NCBI GenBank assembly: GCA_963845535.1
Contig: CAWJSK010000012.1
Coordinates: 576,001 to 640,000, forward strand
Origin: an uncultured Spirochaetota bacterium
GTDB lineage: Bacteria > Spirochaetota > Spirochaetia > SZUA-6 > Fen-1364
Direction of reading: 5' to 3'
Length of the DNA: 64,000 nucleotides
Made by a program: the position numbers and the translations under genes. This document shows positions 29,939 to 37,415 of the stretch, one piece after another. Under the pieces are notes generated by a model. It was not told the origin of the DNA. It did not search any database and saw nothing but the letters and a program-made list of their open reading frames with translations. Every line of letters starts with the position of its first letter. The stretch's first letter is position 1.

Positions 29939-32900
29939 TCACGCGCCCTGCGGCGCCCCGGGAGAGGGCAGCCGGGACCTGATCCGGTCCCATTGGGAGA
30001 GCACCTTTTCGTTGATGGGGACAAGGGGGACGCTCCCGCCCTGTGCGTCCTGGCAGAGACTCTTCAGGCTTTCGAAGCACGACGCGATCTGACGAAGCAC
30101 TTCGGACTCCACGGGGACGGCAGTGGAAGCAGCGGCTTCCGGGGCTGCCGTGGAGCTCTGCTCGGGAGAGGCCGGCTGCCGGGCGGCGGCCGCCTTCGCG
30201 CTTTTCAACGGGTCCATGGCCGCCGGAAGATCGAGTGCGACCTCGTACGGCTCAAAGACCCGGATGGGCTCCGTGATGTTCTTGACCGTGATGCGGCCGA
30301 TCTCGCGCGCGTGGACGTGGTCCTTGACCTTCTCATGGATCTGCTCGGAGACCAGCACGGAGCCCGGCTGCGCGGCGCTTTCCAGGCGCGAGGCAATGTT
30401 CACCGTGTTACCCAGCACGTCTCCCTGCTCCTTGCGGACCACTTTGCCGCAGTGGATGCCGATGCGGATAACGACCCTCGAGGCTTCCTCACGGTAGCGA
30501 TTGAACCTCTTCAGGGATTTCTGCAGCCTGATGGCGGCCAGCACGGCGGCCAGCGGTTCCTGGAACACGAAGAGGTGGCCGTCGCCCATGCGCTTGATCA
30601 GCTCACCCCGGTGCGCCTCCGTCAACGCAAGGAGAATCTTCTCATAGTCCTGGATCAACGCGGAGACCTGCTGCGGCGTGAGATACTGGGCCTTCTTGGA
30701 GTACCCCTGGATGTCCGTGAAGAGGATCACGAGGTCCTGAACGTTTTCCCGCTCGAACTGGAACGCATTGCGCTCCGTGCGGAAATCCACCGCGGCCGAT
30801 TGCTCCTCCGGCAGCGCAAGCTCCGAATCCTCTCCCGCGGGGGTCCCTCGCGCGCGGAGCACCAGCTCCAGGACTGCGGCCCGCAGGTCTTCGGAGGCCC
30901 CCAGGAGCAGCTCTCGAAGCGGCCCGTGAACGAGAGCGGACTCGGCGGTCAGGAGAGGGGCAAGAAAGGGCAGAAGCTGCGAACGGAGATGCCCCGTGAG
31001 GGAGCGCAGCGTTTCCGCCCTTTCCTCCACGGTCCCCGTGGAAAGGAAGTCCCGCATCACTTCGGCGGCGTAGTCATCCCCCAGCCTCCACAGGATCACC
31101 CCGGCCATGCGGCGTCGGGGGGTGTCGCTCCCCCGCAGGATCTTGTACAGGAACTCGACCGTGCCCTCCCGATTGCCAACAAAGCCGGACGTCATGCGCC
31201 TTCCCATGACCGCGAGAACGGCGGACTTGCGCGCGGCGTCCCCGCTCGCGTACATGTCCCGCAGGCTTTCCATGATGTCGAGAGACACCTTGTCCCCGAG
31301 GTAGGCGGTGATGGACTCCGTCACCTCCCGGCTTGTGCTCAGCGCAAGACGGGTCAGGAGCGCCTTGGCGAGGTCTCCGTTGGAGGACGCGGCAAAAGCC
31401 GTGATGGCCTCAACGGCGTTGAGCGTGATGTACGGGTCATCCTGGGCGGAGAGCAGCCTCGCGGAGGCAGGCTCCAGCTCAGAAGGGGAAAGCTCTCGGA
31501 GCAGGTGGAGGCTGGCGATGGCCAGCACCTTGCTCGCCAGGGGCGGGGTCAGGCAGTCATTGCATGCCGCCACCGCTCCTGACGGGTTCACGCGGGCAAG
31601 CGCCCACAGGGCGGCCTCCGCCAGCCGGAACAGCTTTTCCCCCCTGGCCCAGGCGTAGATGGACTTCAGCGTGGTCTCGACGCTCCCGCGGGCGTCCGGG
31701 GTCAGGACAATGCCCGCCAGGCGGATGGCCCGGATGAGCTGCCAGAAAAGGAGCCCCTTGCCGGGTTTTGCCAGCGCCAGCTCGCGCGCCACGAGCCCCA
31801 TCCCCGTCCTCTGCGGGTTCTTGATGACCTCGGCAAGGGCCGTGTATCCGTCGAAATGTCGGACCTCCACGCGTACGGCCGTTGCCTTGAGCCTCTTCAG
31901 GAGGTCATCCTCCGAGTCCGTGGAAGCCCCCTTGAGGAAGCGAAGAAGCGCGGCCTTGAACTCCTCGTTGCAGTAGTACTCCAGGTACTCCTTGGACCTC
32001 ATGATGAGCCAGCCCAGCTCGTGGGAGTCGCTGGAGATGTGCCGGCCTTCCTCACGCAGCTTTGCGAAGTGCTCCGTGATGAAGCCGATGAGCCGGCCGC
32101 GCAGGGTCACGGTGACGGCGCGGGGCGCCCCCTCGGTGCGCGCCATGCGCTCGATCAGCTCATGGACCTCGTCCTCCAGGGCGGCGTTGGTCTCTGATTT
32201 TCCCAACAGGCTTTCGATGACGGTCTGGTACAGCCGAAGGTGGTGAGGCGCCACGGCGGTCCCCACGTACGCGGCCCGGCGCACTTCCGCAACGGGGTCA
32301 GCCAGAGCGTCCCGCAGCAGTCCCGCGGTTGCCTCCAGCTCCTGCGTCAGCGCCGCGGAAATGAGCGAGGAGCGCGTGCGGGCCGGCAGGTGGCGGTACT
32401 GCGGCGCGAAGTGCTCGACCACCTTTGGCACGAGGAGAGGCATTTCCGCGGCGGACCGCAGGACCTGGTCAACGGTCTCCTCACGCGAGTCGGCAAGCGC
32501 TTCGTCCAGCGCCGCCTCCCCGCGCAATCGAAGCAGGAGTCCCACGGCGTGCGCCCGGGCGCCGGCAGAGGCGAGCGGGGAGCGGGCTATCTGGCGAAGA
32601 AAGCCGGCGAGCTCATGGTCCTTGGGGACCGCGCTGGCAAGCGCGTCCAGGATCTCCCGGCGCAGCATCTCCTCCCGTGTGGTCTTCAACAGCTCCACGA
32701 GCGCCCGGGCCGAGCCGGGATGGCGAATCTTGCCCAGCGCCCTCACCGCGGCCAAGGAGAGATCGCCATTCGCGGTGGCGAGCACCCGGGTCACGAACGG
32801 GAAGCTCGACGGGTTGCCGAGGGCTGCCACCGCCGCCATGGCGGAAACAGCCACCTCGGGGCGGGAGTCGAACAGGTCTCCGTGCAGCCACTCCAGGCCC

Positions 32901-33001
32901 CGGGCGTCCCTGTCGAACGCCGAGAGGAGCCGGTGAGTGGTCACGAGCGGTTCGGCCGAAAGCCGCGGAGACTCCGGGGCGTCAGGGCTCATCTGTGTCA
33001 T
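29939..33001 (-). CDS. HEAT/ARM-repeat protein with C-terminal class III adenylate cyclase
   Basis: Long helical-repeat region; cyclase motifs FTDIQGY, KRMGDG, RIGIHCG, DVLGNTVNIASRLE. Confidence 0.85.
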   Translation of the reverse strand: MTQMSPDAPESPRLSAEPLVTTHRLLSAFDRDARGLEWLHGDLFDSRPEVAVSAMAAVAALGNPSSFPFVTRVLATANGDLSLAAVRALGKIRHPGSARALVELLKTTREEMLRREILDALASAVPKDHELAGFLRQIARSPLASAGARAHAVGLLLRLRGEAALDEALADSREETVDQVLRSAAEMPLLVPKVVEHFAPQYRHLPARTRSSLISAALTQELEATAGLLRDALADPVAEVRRAAYVGTAVAPHHLRLYQTVIESLLGKSETNAALEDEVHELIERMARTEGAPRAVTVTLRGRLIGFITEHFAKLREEGRHISSDSHELGWLIMRSKEYLEYYCNEEFKAALLRFLKGASTDSEDDLLKRLKATAVRVEVRHFDGYTALAEVIKNPQRTGMGLVARELALAKPGKGLLFWQLIRAIRLAGIVLTPDARGSVETTLKSIYAWARGEKLFRLAEAALWALARVNPSGAVAACNDCLTPPLASKVLAIASLHLLRELSPSELEPASARLLSAQDDPYITLNAVEAITAFAASSNGDLAKALLTRLALSTSREVTESITAYLGDKVSLDIMESLRDMYASGDAARKSAVLAVMGRRMTSGFVGNREGTVEFLYKILRGSDTPRRRMAGVILWRLGDDYAAEVMRDFLSTGTVEERAETLRSLTGHLRSQLLPFLAPLLTAESALVHGPLRELLLGASEDLRAAVLELVLRARGTPAGEDSELALPEEQSAAVDFRTERNAFQFERENVQDLVILFTDIQGYSKKAQYLTPQQVSALIQDYEKILLALTEAHRGELIKRMGDGHLFVFQEPLAAVLAAIRLQKSLKRFNRYREEASRVVIRIGIHCGKVVRKEQGDVLGNTVNIASRLESAAQPGSVLVSEQIHEKVKDHVHAREIGRITVKNITEPIRVFEPYEVALDLPAAMDPLKSAKAAAARQPASPEQSSTAAPEAAASTAVPVESEVLRQIASCFESLKSLCQDAQGGSVPLVPINEKVLSQWDRIRSRLPSPGAPQGA

Positions 33002-33014
33002 CCCTGCCGAGGGA

Positions 33015-33518
33015 TTATGCTCCTGCCTGCGGCTCGTGCAGGGAGCCCAGTTGCGTCCTCTCCTCCGCGGTGAGGATGGCTTCGCTGTTCAGGAGGATGA
33101 TCAGCTTGTCGTCGATCTTGCCCACGCCGGTGATGAAGTCCTGCGCGCGCCCGCCAAACACCGGGGGCGGAGGGTCGATCTGGTCCGCGGGGATCCGAAC
33201 CACCTGGCTCGCGGAATCCACCACCATGCCCATGAGCTTGCCCTCCACCTCCACCACGATGACCCGCGTCATGGCGGTGGCTTCCTTGGCCTCCAGGCCG
33301 AACTTGTCCCGAAGGTCGATGATGGGGATGACGTCCCCGCGCAGGTTGATGATCCCCTTCACGAAGCTGGGCGCCTTGGGAAGCCAGGTGATCTCCCTGA
33401 CCCGGATCACTTCCTTCACCCGCAGGAGCTCCAACCCGTACTCCTCCTCGCCCACGGAAAAGCTGATGAACTGGCGAAGCTCGCCCCTCGTGTCCACCCT
33501 GTCCTTCAGTGCATCCAT
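33015..33518 (-). CDS. cheW: chemotaxis coupling protein CheW
   Basis: EEYGL...VKEVI...P...GIINLRGDVIPIIDL. Confidence 0.95.
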   Translation of the reverse strand: MDALKDRVDTRGELRQFISFSVGEEEYGLELLRVKEVIRVREITWLPKAPSFVKGIINLRGDVIPIIDLRDKFGLEAKEATAMTRVIVVEVEGKLMGMVVDSASQVVRIPADQIDPPPPVFGGRAQDFITGVGKIDDKLIILLNSEAILTAEERTQLGSLHEPQAGA

Positions 33519-33561
33519 GACTCGTACCTCCCGATCTATCGACGGCCCCGTGCGGGGCGCG

Positions 33562-34662
33562 TCAGGCTGTTGCCTGCATCCGGCCCTGGATCAGCCAGGT
33601 CTGCGCGGGTGCCCGCTGGAAAATTTCAAGGATTTCAGGATCAAACTGTGTCCCCGCCTGGCGCGCAAGCTCGTGGCAGGCCTTCGCGAACGCGATGGCG
33701 GGTCGATACGGGCGCTCCGAGGTCATTGCGTCAAGAGCGTCCATGACGGCAAAAATCCTCGCGTGCAGCGGAATGTCCGTGCCCGCAAGCTTGTTGGGGT
33801 AGCCCGTCCCGTCGAACCTCTCATGATGGGACAGCACCACGTCTGTGGCGTAGCTGAGGAAATCGATCCCCTGGAGCATGGTCCACCCCATGAGGGGATG
33901 ACGCTCCACCACGGCGCGTTCTTCCTTCGTCAAGTCGCCTGGTTTGAGGAGGATCTGCTCGGGAATGCCGATCTTGCCCACGTCGTGGAGGTAGGCCCCC
34001 CACTTCAAGTTCTGCAGCTCGAAGGCCGAAAGGGAAAGCGTCTCCCCCAGGCGGACGCTGTTCTCCGAGACGCGCCTGCAGTGGTCCGAGGTCTCATGGT
34101 CCTTGAGGTTCAAGGCGGCCCCGAGGGCCGCAACGGTGGAGTCCCTGACCTCGTCAAGCTGGCGTGAAGTCTGGGACAGCTCGTTCGCTTTGACCACGAC
34201 GAGGTTCTCCAGCGCGCGGGCGTAGTAGCGCATGTTGGCGCGGTTCCTGAACTCCTCTATGGCCCTGTCCAGCCGCTGGAGGAAGTCCCCGACTGTGAAC
34301 GGTTTCGTGATGAAATCGATGGCACCGTCACGGATGGCCTGGACCGCCGTCTGGATGTCGCTGCAGCCGGTGATCACGACCACAAGCGGCGAGGTGGTGC
34401 TCTCCTCCGCCAGGGAGAGCCCGCTCCCGTCCGGGAGGTTCACGTCCAGGAAGTACATATCGTAGGAGGCGCCGGCCACCAGGGAGCGCGCCTCCGCGAG
34501 CGTCGCGGCCGTGTCGGCCACGAACCCCCTGATCTTCAGCATGGCCGTGATGAGAGAGCGGATCTCCGTCTGGTCCTCGAGAACGAGTATTCGGGGCGGC
34601 TTCATCTGAGGTGGAACGGCGATTGCCACTGGCCTCGTCCGCGGCCCAACCGGATTCAGCAT
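33562..34662 (-). CDS. response regulator with HD-GYP phosphodiesterase domain
   Basis: REC plus HDVGKIG, HHERFDGTGYP, RPYR. Confidence 0.92.
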   Translation of the reverse strand: MLNPVGPRTRPVAIAVPPQMKPPRILVLEDQTEIRSLITAMLKIRGFVADTAATLAEARSLVAGASYDMYFLDVNLPDGSGLSLAEESTTSPLVVVITGCSDIQTAVQAIRDGAIDFITKPFTVGDFLQRLDRAIEEFRNRANMRYYARALENLVVVKANELSQTSRQLDEVRDSTVAALGAALNLKDHETSDHCRRVSENSVRLGETLSLSAFELQNLKWGAYLHDVGKIGIPEQILLKPGDLTKEERAVVERHPLMGWTMLQGIDFLSYATDVVLSHHERFDGTGYPNKLAGTDIPLHARIFAVMDALDAMTSERPYRPAIAFAKACHELARQAGTQFDPEILEIFQRAPAQTWLIQGRMQATA

Positions 34663-34675
34663 AGTCAGGTGCTCC

Positions 34676-34966
34676 TTACGCGTGATGGGGATGGCTCTTG
34701 AGCTTCTTCAAGCCGGAAGCCACCGCCAGCTCGATCTCGACGCGCATCTTCTTCTCGTTCTCAGGACGCGGGCTCAGGGGGGCCAGGAGCGATGTGTAGT
34801 ACCCCGGCTTGACGTGGTTCAATGTATAGGCAGCGAGGTCGAGCACGCACTGCTCGCACGTGCACATGTCCCCGCCCTTCTCTATCACCTTCTCGATGGC
34901 CTCGAAGACCATTTCCTGCGCCCTGTTCCTCATATTCTCTATATTGTAGCGCTCATCCAGTTTCAT
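34676..34966 (-). CDS. ComFB-family protein
   Basis: N-x-x-x-E-M-V...CTCEQCVLDLAAYTLNHVKPGY...HPHH pattern; AAGGAG RBS; start trimmed to MKLDERY. Confidence 0.85.
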   Translation of the reverse strand: MKLDERYNIENMRNRAQEMVFEAIEKVIEKGGDMCTCEQCVLDLAAYTLNHVKPGYYTSLLAPLSPRPENEKKMRVEIELAVASGLKKLKSHPHHA

Positions 34967-36069
34967 ACTGCGCTCCTTGCGGCACTCCCGCCCCGCGCGT
35001 GCGCCCGCAGTCGGGAGGCAATCTGGTCCACGGGCATCACCTCGTGGGCGTTCCCGTTCTGGACCACCTCCTTGTTCATCCCGTAGATGACGGAGGTGTT
35101 CTTGTCCTGCGCGATGACCCGTCCGCCGCGCGCGTACAACTCCCGCAGTCCCTCCGCGCCGTCCTTGCCCATTCCCGTCATGATGACGCCCACGGCGCGG
35201 GACCCGTATTCGCGGGCCACCGAACGCATGAGCACATCCACCGAGGGGCGATGCCCGTTGACCGGGTCGTTCTGATTGAGGACGACCCTGGGCTCGAGGC
35301 CGAAGCGGGTCACCATCATGTGCCAGTTGCCCGGGGCAATCAGCACGCGTCCGGGGAGGATGGGATCCCCGTTCTCCGCCTCTTTCACCCTCACGGCGCA
35401 GACCGAGTCCAGCCGGTCCGCAAACGCCTTGGTAAAAACAGGGGGCATGTGCTGCACGATAACGACCCCCACGGGAAAGTCCCCCGGTAGCTGCATGAGG
35501 ACCGTTTTCAGGGCCACCGGTCCGCCCGTCGAGGTGCCAATGGCCACCAGGTCGCACCCTTCGCCGTCGAACGGCGGCGCGGCCACGGGCGCGGAGGGCG
35601 TCCCGGTCCGCTCAAGCTCCGTCGAGGCGGCCTCGACCTGTGCGGCCTTCCCCGGCTCCCCCTGAGGGGCCATGACGATGCGGGCCGCGTCCCTGACCTT
35701 CTCGGTCAGCTCACGCGCTATGGCGGGTATCCCGCCGGAAAGGGAGTTGGAGGGCTTGAGAACGAAATCCACGGCGCCTGCCTCGAGGGCCTGGAGCGTG
35801 AGCTCAGCCCCTTTCTGCGCGTGGGCGCTCATGACGATGATGGGCGTGGGTCGAACGTTCATGATCCGGCGGATGGCCTCAAGCCCGCCCATGCCGGGCA
35901 TCTCGAGGTCCAGCGTGATCACGTCCGGACGCTCCCTTTCCAGTTTGGCGATTGCGAACTCCGCGTTGGCCGCGGTTGCCGCCACGGTGATCTCGGGGTC
36001 GGCGGTGAGGATGTCGGTTGCTATCTTGCGAACGAGGGCCGAATCGTCGACAACCATGACGCGAATCAC
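34963..36069 (-). CDS. cheB: chemotaxis methylesterase CheB
   Basis: REC plus GTSTGGP, QHMP, HRPSVD, TGMGKDG. Confidence 0.96.
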   Translation of the reverse strand: MIRVMVVDDSALVRKIATDILTADPEITVAATAANAEFAIAKLERERPDVITLDLEMPGMGGLEAIRRIMNVRPTPIIVMSAHAQKGAELTLQALEAGAVDFVLKPSNSLSGGIPAIARELTEKVRDAARIVMAPQGEPGKAAQVEAASTELERTGTPSAPVAAPPFDGEGCDLVAIGTSTGGPVALKTVLMQLPGDFPVGVVIVQHMPPVFTKAFADRLDSVCAVRVKEAENGDPILPGRVLIAPGNWHMMVTRFGLEPRVVLNQNDPVNGHRPSVDVLMRSVAREYGSRAVGVIMTGMGKDGAEGLRELYARGGRVIAQDKNTSVIYGMNKEVVQNGNAHEVMPVDQIASRLRAHARGGSAARSAV

Positions 36070-36935
36070 GACGCCGCCTCCTTCTTCATGCGATAGATGG
36101 GAGCCTTGAAGGACGACACGTAGCGGAACCGCTGGCTGAAACCGCTCAAGGATTCGGAGTGTCCGATGAACAGGTAGCCGTCAGGATCGAGCGCGTGCGC
36201 GAAGACCTCGTCCACCAGCTTCGTCTGGGTGGCCTTGTTGAAGTAGATCATGACGTTGCGGCAGAAGATCACGTCGAACGGGCCGCCAGGCACCGGGTCA
36301 TTGAACAGGTTGTGCACCCGGAAATCGACGCTGTCACGGATCTCCGAGCGGACCTGGCGCGCGCCGTCGTTCGACGGCAACAGGTAGCGGTCCAGGGCGG
36401 CCTGCGGCACAAGGCGCAGGGCGCGCTCGAAATAGAGACCGTTCTTTGCCCGCGCAATGGCCGCGGTGCTGATGTCAGTCCCGGTGATGCTGACCTCGGC
36501 GCCCGGATGCCCGCATTCGGCAAGCGTCTCGTTGACGACGATCCGCAGGGTGTAGACCTCTTCCCCCGTGGAGCACCCCGCGCTCCAGATGCGCGCGTGA
36601 TGCTTGCGCGCGAGGATCTCGGGAAGGACGGTCTTGCGCAGCACGGTGAAGTGGTTGATCTCCCGGAAGAAGTACGTCTCGTTCGTGCTCACCGCGTCGA
36701 TGAAGTTGTGAAGCTCCTCCGCCCCCGCGGCGCCCGAGACCAGCAATCGGTAGTACTCCTCGTAGGAGGAAATATGAAGCGCGGCCAGACGCTTGCGCAG
36801 CCGGTTGGAGATCAGGATCTGCTTTCCGTCTCGCATGTGGATGCCGGTCTTCTCGAAGATCAGGGCCCGAAACTCGTTGAAAGTCTCGTCCGAGATGACA
36901 GGCAGCCCGATGGCGGCGGCGGCTTGAGTGTTCAC
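36066..36935 (-). CDS. cheR: chemotaxis methyltransferase CheR
   Basis: TNETYFFRE, IWSAGCSTGEE, FCRNVMIYF. Confidence 0.96.
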   Translation of the reverse strand: MNTQAAAAIGLPVISDETFNEFRALIFEKTGIHMRDGKQILISNRLRKRLAALHISSYEEYYRLLVSGAAGAEELHNFIDAVSTNETYFFREINHFTVLRKTVLPEILARKHHARIWSAGCSTGEEVYTLRIVVNETLAECGHPGAEVSITGTDISTAAIARAKNGLYFERALRLVPQAALDRYLLPSNDGARQVRSEIRDSVDFRVHNLFNDPVPGGPFDVIFCRNVMIYFNKATQTKLVDEVFAHALDPDGYLFIGHSESLSGFSQRFRYVSSFKAPIYRMKKEAAS

Positions 36936-37414
36936 ACGCCCGCTCCCGCGGGGACAGCCGGGCTCAGGGTATGCACCGAGACCTCCCCGCTTTCGTTGTT
37001 GAAAATCACGGTCCGCCCGCGGGTGCCGCCGGTGTCCTCGAATACTATTGGCACGGAGGCTTCCTCCAGGACCTTGCGGGCGGCGGAGACATTCTGGTCC
37101 CCAATGGAGCCGATCCCTCCTGATGCCATAGGAAACATCTTCGCCCCACCGATGAGGTACGCCTTGAGCGACGAGATGCGGCTCCCGCCGGCCGTGAGCA
37201 AAGCCAGAAGCGCCGGGATTGCCGTGTCCGCATACTTGCCCACGGCCGAATCTCCGCGCGTGCTGCGGGGAAGCATCACGTGGGCAAGGGCGCTTACGCG
37301 CTTCACGGGGTCGTGCAGGATCACGCCCACGCAGGAGCCGAGGATCGTCTTGAGGCTGTGCGCGTCGCGCACCATGTCCATTTCCGCCATCCGCACGTTC
37401 ACGATCTCCGTCAT
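36932..37414 (-). CDS. cheD: chemoreceptor glutamine deamidase CheD
   Basis: LGSCVG, HVMLP, KYADTAI, GGAKMF, EDTGG-x-RGR. Confidence 0.95.
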   Translation of the reverse strand: MTEIVNVRMAEMDMVRDAHSLKTILGSCVGVILHDPVKRVSALAHVMLPRSTRGDSAVGKYADTAIPALLALLTAGGSRISSLKAYLIGGAKMFPMASGGIGSIGDQNVSAARKVLEEASVPIVFEDTGGTRGRTVIFNNESGEVSVHTLSPAVPAGAGV

Positions 37415-37415
37415 G

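Noticed and set aside
27275..31582. 1435-aa ORF on the + strand
   Set aside because: Antisense shadow of the kinase and cyclase genes in high-GC DNA; no motifs.
34967..35557. Long N-terminal extension of ComFB
   Set aside because: Alternative frame over cheB; the RBS and domain start at 34966.
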